Source: Victivallaceae bacterium (GTDB taxonomy: Bacteria; Verrucomicrobiota; Lentisphaeria; Victivallales; Victivallaceae). From it: a stretch of 64,000 nucleotides of DNA. The notes below the pieces were generated by a model. It ran no database searches and was not told the origin of the DNA. It saw nothing but the letters and a program-made list of their open reading frames with translations. The translations under genes were made by a program, and so were the position numbers. Location of the stretch: NCBI GenBank assembly GCA_031548025.1, contig JAVBRM010000023.1, positions 70,362 through 134,361 on the forward strand, given 5' to 3'. Position 1 is the stretch's first letter; each line of letters opens with the position of its first letter. This document shows positions 51,510 to 60,225 of this stretch, in pieces.

Positions 51510-53468
51510 ATGATGAAAGAATTGATGTGTATGACGCTATTTGCGGGAATCCTCCTGGGAGCGGCGGCGGCGGAAAACCTGGTGGCCTATCCCGCCAAGG
51601 CCCTGCCGGTGGAAAAATTCGCAGCGGAAGAGTTGGCCGGTTATCTCACCAAAAGCACCGGCGAAAAGTACCGCTCCGTGGCGGAAAATCAACCCGAAGC
51701 CGCGCAGGCGGCATTCTTCGTCGGCAAGTGCGATGCCCTGAAAGCCAAACCGTTTTATACCGGCGACCTGGCTTCGGAGGAATTTATAGTTACGGCGGAA
51801 AACGGCAAAATATATATTTACGGCGATGACGGTCCCGGCGCGCCGATGAGCTCCAAAAACCGTGCCGGAACTTTACTGGGAGTCTATGATTTCCTGGAAA
51901 ATGAATTGGGAATCGCCTGGCTTTGGCCGGGAGACGACGGCGAAGATGTCCCGTCGCGTCAATGGCTGCCGCCAAAAGATTTCAGCCGCCGCGCCAAACC
52001 GGTCTACTCCATCCGCAGCATGGGTTTCAGCTATGGCAAATACGAGCCCAAAGAAATCAACAGCGAAATCGGCAAATGGGCGCGCCGCCAGAAACTGGGT
52101 TGGACCGAACAAGCATGGTTCGGACACAGTTGGCATTCCTATGTTTTCAAGACGGGCGTCGACAAACAGCATCCCGAATGGCTGGCCCTGTACGGCGGCG
52201 AGCGACGCGGCCCCCATTGCTGTACCTCCAACCCGGATTTCCGGAATTACATCGTCGATCAGGTGCTGAATCACCCCACCAATAAAAACATGAAAATCGC
52301 CTCGGTTTCCCCCTCTGACGGTTACGGTTTCTGCGAATGCGAAAACTGCCGCAAGCTGGATCAACCCGGAACCGACTACACCCGCAGTGTTCCGAGTTTG
52401 TCCGACCGCCATTGGGCGTATGCCAATTATATCGCCCGTGAAGTCAAAAAACGCAATCCCGACCGCGGCGTGGGGATGTTTGCTTATACCGCTTACGGCG
52501 AAGCCCCGGAAACGATCGATACCTTTGAGGACAATCTCTATCTCTCCATGACTTTCAGCAAGGCTTATTTCGTCAAGCCCGACATCAAGGAAAAATTCTT
52601 CCAGCGGCTGGACAAATGGAAAACTAAAAAAGTCAAAATCATCGGGCGCGAATACTGGGGAATGCATTACTGGCTGAGCCTGCCGTATATTTTCACGGCG
52701 CAGATTGCCGAAAGCATGCCCAAACTTTACCACGCCGGTCTGGTCGGTATGTACGGCGAAGCCCAAAAAGATTTCGCCACCCAGGGCCCTAACTATTTTC
52801 TGGTCGCCCATCTGCTGTGGAATCCGGAAGCCGATTCGCAGCGGATTCTGGACCGCTATTATCAGGGCTTCGGCCCGGCGGCCAAATCCATACGGCGCTA
52901 TTTCGATACTTTTGAACAGGCTATTTTGAACAACCAGGAGGCAATTCCCGATTTCAGCTATCGCAAGCTGATCTATTCATGGCCGGAGGTCCTCGACCCC
53001 GCCACTCTGGAAAAAGCGGGCGAGGCCCTGGCGGCCGCCCGGAAAGATACCGCCGATCAGGACACCATCTGGCGGAAACGCGTGGAATTTATCGGCATCG
53101 GCTACGACTACACCCGGATTATGATGGAACTCTTGACCACCTACCGGCGCCTGGGCCAGGCCGGAGTGCCGCTGACCGCTTTCAGTCAGGCCGGCGATCA
53201 AATCGAGGCCGACAAATACAAACTGCCGGCTTTACCATCCGACATCGTCGCCCTGTGGACAACCCGACCGGAAAAACCGCTGGAAAAAGCGGAAAAAATC
53301 GCTCTGCTCAAAAGAGCGATCGAACTGGGCGAAGCCCGGGCCAAGATTCTTCGAGACAATGCGAATCTGCCCGCGGTATCGCTCGGCATGTACCAGTACA
53401 CAATCGACAAGGGAATCCGCCCCTGGCACCAAACCTGTATTGACGAACTCGCCAAGCTGAATCAATAA
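51510..53468 (+). CDS. secreted DUF4838-domain protein (GH20-like N-terminal fold; putative glycoside hydrolase)
   Basis: Signal peptide MMKELMCMTLFAGILLGAAAAENL. FFVGKCDALK...FIVTAENGKIYIYGDD...GTLLGVYDFLENELGIAWLWPGDDGEDVP and the Cys cluster GYGFCECENCRKLD are the pattern I associate with DUF4838 proteins. Confidence 0.75.
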   Translation: MMKELMCMTLFAGILLGAAAAENLVAYPAKALPVEKFAAEELAGYLTKSTGEKYRSVAENQPEAAQAAFFVGKCDALKAKPFYTGDLASEEFIVTAENGKIYIYGDDGPGAPMSSKNRAGTLLGVYDFLENELGIAWLWPGDDGEDVPSRQWLPPKDFSRRAKPVYSIRSMGFSYGKYEPKEINSEIGKWARRQKLGWTEQAWFGHSWHSYVFKTGVDKQHPEWLALYGGERRGPHCCTSNPDFRNYIVDQVLNHPTNKNMKIASVSPSDGYGFCECENCRKLDQPGTDYTRSVPSLSDRHWAYANYIAREVKKRNPDRGVGMFAYTAYGEAPETIDTFEDNLYLSMTFSKAYFVKPDIKEKFFQRLDKWKTKKVKIIGREYWGMHYWLSLPYIFTAQIAESMPKLYHAGLVGMYGEAQKDFATQGPNYFLVAHLLWNPEADSQRILDRYYQGFGPAAKSIRRYFDTFEQAILNNQEAIPDFSYRKLIYSWPEVLDPATLEKAGEALAAARKDTADQDTIWRKRVEFIGIGYDYTRIMMELLTTYRRLGQAGVPLTAFSQAGDQIEADKYKLPALPSDIVALWTTRPEKPLEKAEKIALLKRAIELGEARAKILRDNANLPAVSLGMYQYTIDKGIRPWHQTCIDELAKLNQ

Positions 53469-53518
53469 ATTTTATATTCAATCAGGGCTTATTATATATA
53501 TTTATAGTCATCATCAAC

Positions 53519-53547
53519 TTGAGATCAGGTTAATAATGTACTATAAT
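53519..53547 (+). promoter_or_regulatory. sigma70-type promoter TTGAGA-17-TATAAT
   Basis: TTGAGA (53519-53524) tcaggttaataatgtac TATAAT (53542-53547). AGGAG at 53561-53565 precedes ATG 53571. Confidence 0.6.
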
Positions 53548-53570
53548 TATATATATAACCAGGAGCCCAT

Positions 53571-55307
53571 ATGAAAATCACCGCTACCGAACAGACTGCC
53601 GCCGGCAGAAAATATGTCCCGGTCCCCATTGGCAATGGCGACCTTTCGCTGATCGTCGATTATGAAGGGTCCATGAATCAGAAAACTTACTCCGGCGGCA
53701 TGATCCCCGGCATCCGACGGGCCGGAGTGCGCTTCAGTACGGTCGGTTTTCAGTTGACTCCGTTGGGGTATTTTCTTATTGGCCCGGAAAGCAAAACCGA
53801 GCCTGAATCCTGGAGTCAGACCCTCGACACCCGCGCCGGAATGGTGTCGTCCAGGTGTGTTTATACCAACGGGACCGTACTGGAATCCGAGAGTTTCTGC
53901 CATCCCGAGCGCCCGTTGATCTGTCTGCGACGCCGGATCAGCGGTCACGAACCGCTGGTTTTCCAATACATTCTGCCCGAAGATGACTTGATGACCATCA
54001 CCGGAGATCCATCAGAAGGAATCAAAATAAAATTCCCCGGCCTGCTCGGCAACACCGAATTCATCCGGATCACGGCGGATAAAAATATCTCTTTCGAAAA
54101 AAATGCTGATGGTTGGAGTTTCAGCACAATGGAGCGCGAAATTTGTATTTTCATCAATTTCGGCGCGGAAAAACCCAACTCCACCTTCGAGGAGTACAAA
54201 GCACTCAGCGCCGCCGCGTGGGAGAAATTCTACGCCGAAGGCAGGCCCCTCCCCCATCTGTCGGACAAGATCGCGGAAGTCTGCGAAACTTCGCTCTATC
54301 ATCTGAAAATTTCCTCGACCAAATGGTCGATTCCGGTCGGCCTTTTCGATACCCACTGGCATGGCCGCTACTTCGGTTTCGACGAATCTTTCTGCGCCGA
54401 CGGCCTGATTGCCGCCGGACACCTGGCGGAGGCCCGCAAGGTTATTGAATTCCGTTACGAGCACCTGGACGCCGCCCGGAAACGCGCTTATTACTATTTT
54501 CAAAAAACCAGCGACGCCGTCCGTTATGTCTGGCAGGCGGTGGAGGCCCCGGGGGTGGAAACGGCCTACCCCAGTTTCTGGCTGGAACACTATTTCCACA
54601 TGGCGATCATCGCGGAAACCGCCTGGAATTACGTTCAAGCTTCCGGCGACAAAGAATTTCTCCGGGACACCGCCTACCCGATCATCCGCGGCTGCGCGGA
54701 ATTCTACCGCATTCATATGCTCTATTTTCATGACGGTAAAGTATCCGTCGGACGCTGTACCGATCTGGAACGGCTCGGCGCGGCCCGCGAGAACGCCTTT
54801 ATGACCTCATGCGGTATCATCGCCAATTTTCGGATCGCCGCTCAAGCCGCGGAAACCCTCGGTCTCGATCCCGAACAAACCGCCACCTGGCGCGATCTGG
54901 CCGACCGGATTGCCGAAAATCTGGCCAACGACGGCACCAAATACATTCCATATCCCGAATGCCCGGACAAAAGCATCGCGGTACTGGCCGGACTGTACCC
55001 GTTCCCCGCCCTCCCCGCATCGGACCCGATGCAAAAAGCGGCGGTCGAAGATTTTTTCCGCAACGCCTCCACCGCCGGAAACATGTATCCGACCGGCAAA
55101 TCCGTCTGCGCCTGGTACGCCGCCTGGATGGCGATAGCCGCCGCCCGCCTCGGCATGAAAGACGTCGCCTTGAAACTGATCGAAGAAACCGCGGAGCAAA
55201 CCGGCTGCTTCTCGGAAATCTTCGAGATTTACGAGAGCGGCAATCATCCGTGGTTCACTACCGCCGAAGGCATTTTCCTCCGCGCCGTGCGGGAATTGGC
55301 GAATTAG
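53571..55307 (+). CDS. cytoplasmic 578-aa glycoside-hydrolase-like protein ((alpha/alpha)6-barrel type, GH15/GH65/GH95-like; tentative)
   Basis: The N-terminal VPIGNGDLSLIVDYEGSM resembles the beta-sandwich start of GH65/GH95-type enzymes. The C-terminal half is helix-rich with aromatic repeats. No signal peptide. Confidence 0.7.
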   Translation: MKITATEQTAAGRKYVPVPIGNGDLSLIVDYEGSMNQKTYSGGMIPGIRRAGVRFSTVGFQLTPLGYFLIGPESKTEPESWSQTLDTRAGMVSSRCVYTNGTVLESESFCHPERPLICLRRRISGHEPLVFQYILPEDDLMTITGDPSEGIKIKFPGLLGNTEFIRITADKNISFEKNADGWSFSTMEREICIFINFGAEKPNSTFEEYKALSAAAWEKFYAEGRPLPHLSDKIAEVCETSLYHLKISSTKWSIPVGLFDTHWHGRYFGFDESFCADGLIAAGHLAEARKVIEFRYEHLDAARKRAYYYFQKTSDAVRYVWQAVEAPGVETAYPSFWLEHYFHMAIIAETAWNYVQASGDKEFLRDTAYPIIRGCAEFYRIHMLYFHDGKVSVGRCTDLERLGAARENAFMTSCGIIANFRIAAQAAETLGLDPEQTATWRDLADRIAENLANDGTKYIPYPECPDKSIAVLAGLYPFPALPASDPMQKAAVEDFFRNASTAGNMYPTGKSVCAWYAAWMAIAAARLGMKDVALKLIEETAEQTGCFSEIFEIYESGNHPWFTTAEGIFLRAVRELAN

Positions 55308-55402
55308 GGAATTGGAGAATTATGGAGAGGCTGTAAGTGATTGAGGTAAATATTCGGCGGAACCGGAAGTAAGCGAAAGCGCATAAACCGTACCGATTTT
55401 GC

Positions 55403-55504
55403 TGTTGAAGAACGATACTGCATCTTGCCTCAAAAATCCAACCACATGGAATATCAACGATAAGTAATTCTCCAGCATTCAGTTGTGGCACATGCACCAT
55501 TTTT
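55403..55504. repeat. direct repeat, copy 1 (3' flank of the 55520-56569 gene)
   Basis: It aligns with 56651-56763. The 44-nt block 55461-55504 matches 56720-56763 at 41 of 44 positions. A further block ATCTTGCCTCAAAAA is identical, with one indel of about 10 nt between the blocks. On the minus strand it encodes MVHVPQLNAGELLIVDIPCGW.... Confidence 0.8.
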
Positions 55505-55519
55505 AATATGTTTCCGCGC

Positions 55520-56569
55520 TTATAATTTCCCATGCTTGCGCAGTATCATTTCCGCACTTTTTAAGGGGTTTTGCGGATTAAGTTTATGAATTAACGTCCC
55601 TTTGCCGTTATCGTAATATCCCAAACTTTCATACAGTGCAAACCAGATAGTCAGGTCTTCGTTGTCGGAGTGGCGTTGCCACAGCGCATCCATTCGGGAA
55701 ATGAGTTCTTCCAATCCAATCTCCCCGGCCTTGTATTTTTCGATTCTAGTTTGTTCGATCCGGCGAAGTTTTGATTGTTCAGTCATATTCAGATATCCAA
55801 TTTCCTTCCGAATGCGGTCGGTATCTTCCTTGCGGGATTGCCAATCTTCCATGCCGTTGGCGGCGACATCAATCACCAGGGAATCGCTATTGCCGTGCTC
55901 CAACATCCACAGACATAAACTTTGCCAATCCTCACAGGTATTACTTCCAGCTTCCTCGTGAATCAAAAACTCATCAGGGGAGAGATACTCACTTCGACCA
56001 TTTGTCTTTAAAATCTGGCTTTTCCACGCTTTGTAGTTTGGAAAACGCCCGGTAAAATCAGCGAATGTGCGGTTGCCTGTTTGATAGTGAAGTGTAATAA
56101 CTTCGCCTTTTTTGTTCACTGCGGCAAGTTCATTCATATCGACACGGCGGGCAAACGCGGTCAATCCCCAACATCTGAAGTTGAATGGGATCAACCATCC
56201 CAGATTTCTTTCGTCCTCTGCATTCCATGGATAAAGCGAAGAGTCTTCGGCATCCGTTAAATCGCCTTTCGGAATTTCATAGATATATCCGGCTCTTGCC
56301 ATTTCTCCAGTAAGCCAATAACACAATGTTATAAACAGTAAGGGCAGACTGCCGAAATCCAACAACAGTGGAACCCAAAACCAGTATATCGCCAAATGCC
56401 AGTCAAGAATGGCAAGCCCAATGACGCCGGACAAGCCGCCAATCAGGGGAATCATGGAAAAACTTTTATTTTTCTTGCTTTTCCATACTCCAATCATTGC
56501 GACGATGTAGCTAATAGAGATACACCCCCACAGAAGAATAAATGGAGCGGCTATCAACCATCTCAACAT
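55520..56569 (-). CDS. hypothetical membrane protein (about 4 N-terminal TM helices plus about 230-aa soluble domain)
   Basis: ATG 56569 lies 6 nt after GGAGG; the track start 56617 is a TTG. The TM helices are MLRWLIAAPFILLWGCISISYIVAMIGVW, MIPLIGGLSGVIGLAILDW and AIYWFWVPLLLDFGSLPLLFITLCYWL. The soluble domain matches no motif I recognise. The gene is AT-rich and bracketed by direct repeats. Confidence 0.75.
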   Translation of the reverse strand: MLRWLIAAPFILLWGCISISYIVAMIGVWKSKKNKSFSMIPLIGGLSGVIGLAILDWHLAIYWFWVPLLLDFGSLPLLFITLCYWLTGEMARAGYIYEIPKGDLTDAEDSSLYPWNAEDERNLGWLIPFNFRCWGLTAFARRVDMNELAAVNKKGEVITLHYQTGNRTFADFTGRFPNYKAWKSQILKTNGRSEYLSPDEFLIHEEAGSNTCEDWQSLCLWMLEHGNSDSLVIDVAANGMEDWQSRKEDTDRIRKEIGYLNMTEQSKLRRIEQTRIEKYKAGEIGLEELISRMDALWQRHSDNEDLTIWFALYESLGYYDNGKGTLIHKLNPQNPLKSAEMILRKHGKL

Positions 56570-56650
56570 TCGCCACCTCCGGTATTTTCTTTCGTGTTTA
56601 TGGTCTAGTCTCCTCAATTGGGAAATGGCAAAATGGAAATTCCTCCATCT

Positions 56651-56763
56651 TGCCGAAGAACTATACCGTATCTTGCCTCAAAAAGCAAATTAAAATTCAA
56701 CCTCGCAAAATATCCATGGTAAGTTATTCTCCAGCATTAAGTTGTGACACATGCACCATTTTT
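56651..56763. repeat. direct repeat, copy 2 (5' flank of the 55520-56569 gene)
   Basis: See copy 1. On the minus strand it reads ATG GTG CAT GTG TCA CAA CTT AAT GCT GGA GAA TAA (MVHVSQLNAGE-stop). This is the same small-ORF 5' end with TTA changed to TAA, followed by further decay. Confidence 0.8.
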
Positions 56764-56878
56764 GTCTATTTGGGGTAAAAACCTCTCTCTTTTGCAGTTC
56801 TCATAACCCAACCAGATGTTATAATATTAAAAAATGTTATGATAGTGACCATTATCAGTAGAGTTGCTACAATAAGTA

Positions 56879-57094
56879 ATGCCGTGCATGGAGCATAATC
56901 AGCATCAGTATAGAATACTAAGAGAAATGCGCCAACTCTTCGCAACGGAAAAACTTAAAATCAAATCATGGCGGAGAGAAATTGCAAAATGGGTGGCTGA
57001 TTTTTCCGCGCTGAAAACCGGACGCCGTTCCTTCGACGACGACGATTACGAATATGGCCTGACGCTCACCCTGGGTACGGCCCAAGGCAGATAG
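56879..57094 (+). CDS. hypothetical small protein (71 aa), doubtful
   Basis: The ORF is in the track but has no recognisable motif or obvious SD. It ends immediately before the hppA terminator hairpin. A competing 59-codon hydrophobic ORF lies on the minus strand (TTG 56945 to stop 56766). Confidence 0.25.
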   Translation: MPCMEHNQHQYRILREMRQLFATEKLKIKSWRREIAKWVADFSALKTGRRSFDDDDYEYGLTLTLGTAQGR

Positions 57095-57129
57095 AAAAGG
57101 CCGGTGAATCTTTATTCGATCCACCGGCC
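57093..57129 (-). terminator. intrinsic terminator of hppA
   Basis: The minus strand reads GGCCGGTG-(15-nt loop)-CACCGGCC followed by TTTTCTAT. This is an 8-bp GC-rich stem (57099-57106 / 57122-57129), 36 nt past the hppA stop. Confidence 0.75.
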
Positions 57130-57165
57130 TGAAATGTACCTTTTATATCAGGTCAATTTACCTTA

Positions 57166-59607
57166 TTATTTGCCCGCTTCCGCATTGGCTTCGGAGGCAT
57201 GGAGGTGTCCTTCGGCTTCCGGAATTCTCATCCGGTAGAAGGAACGCCAGACGAAAAACAGTCCGATGGCCAGGAACGCCAGGGCGATGTAGATCGTATA
57301 ATGGGCATTGGCGCCGGCCTTCATTTCAATACAGATCTCAGTAGCCAACAATCCGAACAGAGTCGAGAATTTGATGATCGGATTCAAGGACACGGAGGAA
57401 GTATCTTTGAAGGGATCGCCGACGGTGTCGCCGATAACCGCAGCTTCGTGCAAAGCGGAATGTTTTTCTTTCAGCTCGACTTCCACGATTTTCTTGGCGT
57501 TATCCCAGCTGCCCCCGGCGTTGGCCATGTAGATAGCCTGGAACAGGCCGAACACGGCGATGGAGATCAGGTAGGCCACGAAGAAGTTCGGATCCAGGAA
57601 GGCAAAAGCCAGAGTCAGCGACATCAGGGCGATGAAAATATTCCACATGCCTTTCTGGGCATACAGGGTACAGATTTTCACCACGGCCTTGGAGTCTTCA
57701 ATGCTGGCTTCTTTCTTGGTGATGTCGAATGTGCGGCGGATGAACGCCACGGCACGGTAAGCGCCGGTGGTAACCGCCTGCATCGAAGCACCGCTGAACC
57801 AGAAAATAACCGCGCCGCCGCAGATCAGTCCGAGCAGGACCGGAGCGTCGGTCAACGAGAGTTTCAGCAAGCCGACTTTTTCCAGCAGCAGAATGATGGA
57901 GAAGATCATCGTCGTGGCGCCGACCACGGCGGTACCGATCAGTACCGGTTTGGCGGTGGCTTTGAAGGTATTGCCCGCGGAGTCGTTGGCTTCGAGGTGA
58001 TGTTTGCCTTTTTCGAAATCGGGGGTGAAGCCGTATTCTTTTTCAATGATTTTGGTGATATTCGGAATCTTCTCGATTTGAGAGAGTTCGAATACCGACT
58101 GCGCATTGTCAGTCACCGGACCATAGCTGTCCACAGCGATGGTCACCGGCCCCATACAGAGGAAGCCGAAGGCCACCAGGCCGAATGCAAAGATCGAGGC
58201 ATACGGTCCCAGGATACTGGCCAGGCCCAACTGAGAGGTGAAGAACGCTCCGGCCATGAGCACCGCGATCAGCAGGCCGGTCCAGAAAGCGCCGAAGTAT
58301 CCTGAAACAATCCCGGAAAGAATATTCAAGGACGGACCGCCTTCACGGGAAGCGGTAACGATTTCCTTGACGTGCTTGGACTTGGAGCTGGTGAAAAATT
58401 CGGTGAATTCCGGGATCAGCATCGCGCCCAGAGTTCCGCAGCTGATGATGACCGCCAATTTCCACCAGAGACCGCCTTCGCCCATGTTCCCCAGCAGCAA
58501 ATAGCTCATGAAGAAGCTGGCCGAGATACACAGAACCGCCGCGATCACGATCAGGCGCATCAGCGGAGATTCGAAGTCAAACTCTTTTTTGTCCTTGTAC
58601 ATCTTCTGAGAGATGCCCTGGTTGATGAAGAAAGCACAGCCCGACAGGAAGTCCATCAGGAAGCGCATACTGAAAATCCAGACGATCAGTTTGGCCTGGA
58701 TAGCGGGGTCCGCCACCGCCAAAGTGATAAAGGCGATCAGGGCGACGCCGGTCACGCCGTAGGTTTCGAAGCCGTCGGCGGTCGGTCCGACGCTGTCGCC
58801 GGCGTTGTCACCGGTACAGTCGGCGATCACCCCGGGGTTACGCGGATCGTCTTCTTCGATCTTGAAAACCACTTTCATCAGGTCGGAACCGATGTCGGCG
58901 ATCTTGGTAAAGATACCGCCTGCGATACGCAGAGCGCTGGCTCCGAGGGATTCACCGATGGCGAAACCGAGGAAGCAGATACCGACGATGTTACGGGGCA
59001 CAAAAAGCAGGATGACCACCATCAGGATCAGTTCCAGTGAAATGAGGAACAGTCCCACGCTCATACCGGCTTTCATCGGGATGTTGACCACTTCCCACGG
59101 CTGATTCCGCAAAGAAGCGAAAGCGGTACGGGCATTGGCATAGGTATTCATGCGAATCCCATACCAGGCAACGACATAGGAGCCGGCCATACCGACGATG
59201 GAGAAAAGCAAAACCTGGGCGACCACGCCGATGCTCTCACCGACCAGCCCCAGGAAGTAAATGCAGAGGACGATAGCGACAAGGCCGAACAGCATCATCA
59301 GGAATTTACCCTGTTGAATCAAGTAAGTACGGCAAGTGGCATAAATGATTGCGGCAATATTCTGCATGGATTCATGAGCCGGCAGTCTTTTCACCTGGAA
59401 GAACAGGAGCAGACTGAAACCCAATGTTCCGGCAATAATCAGCGCGCCATAGAACAGGAAGTTCCATGAACTGATGGTCCCTCCCAGAATTTCGAATGTG
59501 GCCAAATGAAGGTCCGGAATTGCCAGATCAGCTTCACTGGCATACGTCGATAGGTTAACCCCGAAAAGCAGGGCAATAAGCGAACAAATACTTTTGATTT
59601 TTTTCAT
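57166..59607 (-). CDS. hppA: membrane-integral ion-translocating pyrophosphatase (H+/Na+-PPase)
   Basis: 813 aa with about 16 TM segments. Diagnostic acidic motifs are ADCTGDNAGDSVGPTADGFETY, GGSWDNAKK and IGDTVGDPFKDTSSVSLNPIIKF. Confidence 0.95.
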   Translation of the reverse strand: MKKIKSICSLIALLFGVNLSTYASEADLAIPDLHLATFEILGGTISSWNFLFYGALIIAGTLGFSLLLFFQVKRLPAHESMQNIAAIIYATCRTYLIQQGKFLMMLFGLVAIVLCIYFLGLVGESIGVVAQVLLFSIVGMAGSYVVAWYGIRMNTYANARTAFASLRNQPWEVVNIPMKAGMSVGLFLISLELILMVVILLFVPRNIVGICFLGFAIGESLGASALRIAGGIFTKIADIGSDLMKVVFKIEEDDPRNPGVIADCTGDNAGDSVGPTADGFETYGVTGVALIAFITLAVADPAIQAKLIVWIFSMRFLMDFLSGCAFFINQGISQKMYKDKKEFDFESPLMRLIVIAAVLCISASFFMSYLLLGNMGEGGLWWKLAVIISCGTLGAMLIPEFTEFFTSSKSKHVKEIVTASREGGPSLNILSGIVSGYFGAFWTGLLIAVLMAGAFFTSQLGLASILGPYASIFAFGLVAFGFLCMGPVTIAVDSYGPVTDNAQSVFELSQIEKIPNITKIIEKEYGFTPDFEKGKHHLEANDSAGNTFKATAKPVLIGTAVVGATTMIFSIILLLEKVGLLKLSLTDAPVLLGLICGGAVIFWFSGASMQAVTTGAYRAVAFIRRTFDITKKEASIEDSKAVVKICTLYAQKGMWNIFIALMSLTLAFAFLDPNFFVAYLISIAVFGLFQAIYMANAGGSWDNAKKIVEVELKEKHSALHEAAVIGDTVGDPFKDTSSVSLNPIIKFSTLFGLLATEICIEMKAGANAHYTIYIALAFLAIGLFFVWRSFYRMRIPEAEGHLHASEANAEAGK

Positions 59608-60160
59608 ATTTTATTATAGAAATATTGTTATATTTAATTAGACGGTGATAAATTTCTTTTTCTGCCGCCACGCAACCGAAAAACATTTTGATTCTCGGTC
59701 CTGACCTGACTCGAACACATTAAATCGAAATCATGTTTTTGCTTTCTATATCGTTTTTCACTCCTTATAAATATTTGGGTTAAATTCGTATTTGACGAGA
59801 CCGCCAAAAGGCGGCAAACCAGTCCCACAGATGATTGGCCGGCTACAATGGATGGTTAACGAATTTTGGCGGACTCGCCACATTTCTAAATGATGTAAAA
59901 AAACAGCAGAATTCAGCCCCGGTTCCTGTAAACCGAAACACTTATCTGCGACCCCCATAAAAGTGTCGCGGCAATATATCATCTCTTTGCAGAAATTCTA
60001 ATGCAATATGCAAAATCCAACCGGAAATAATCATATTTTTACATTTAAAACCGGTTTTTTTCACTCAAAACTGGCCTTTCAATTTGATCGATAATATTTA
60101 ACGAAAAAATAATAAATCACCTCTTGACAAAATAAAAATATGCACAGGTTATTTCTGAAT

Positions 60161-60193
60161 AATAAAAAAATCCGGTCAAAAACTGGCCGGATT
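60161..60193 (-). terminator. intrinsic terminator downstream of the creatininase-family gene
   Basis: The minus strand reads AATCCGGCCAGtttttGACCGGATT followed by TTTTTTATT. The stem is about 10 bp (60169-60178 / 60184-60193), directly after stop 60226. Confidence 0.8.
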
Positions 60194-60225
60194 GTCATTA
60201 TTGAAATTCGAGTGGGCGGTAGAGT

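Noticed and set aside
55258-55533. 91-aa minus-strand ORF (MGNYKRGNILKMVHVPQLNAGELL...) as a real gene
   Set aside because: Only its MVHVPQLNAGE... start is shared with the second repeat copy. The rest is junk-like and runs 50 nt into the convergent hydrolase gene. It is treated as a gene-start relic within the direct repeat.
59813-59820. GGCAAACC plus GGCCGGCTA on the plus strand recalls the c-di-GMP-I (GEMM-I) riboswitch
   Set aside because: The conserved ACGCAAAGC segment and the GNRA tetraloop/receptor arrangement are missing. There is also no downstream gene on the plus strand.
59904-59920. The minus-strand sequence GGGGCTGAATTCTGCTG resembles the 5' end of tmRNA (GGGGCUGAUUCUGGAUUCGAC)
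   Set aside because: No tRNA-like T-arm/ACCA 3' end, no tag-peptide reading frame and no pseudoknot-sized region follow within about 350 nt. The similarity is limited to about 10 nt.
60125-60153. Plus-strand TTGACA-17-GGTTAT promoter-like sequence
   Set aside because: The -10 is poor, and nothing but the antisense of a terminator and of the creatininase gene lies downstream. It is probably fortuitous.
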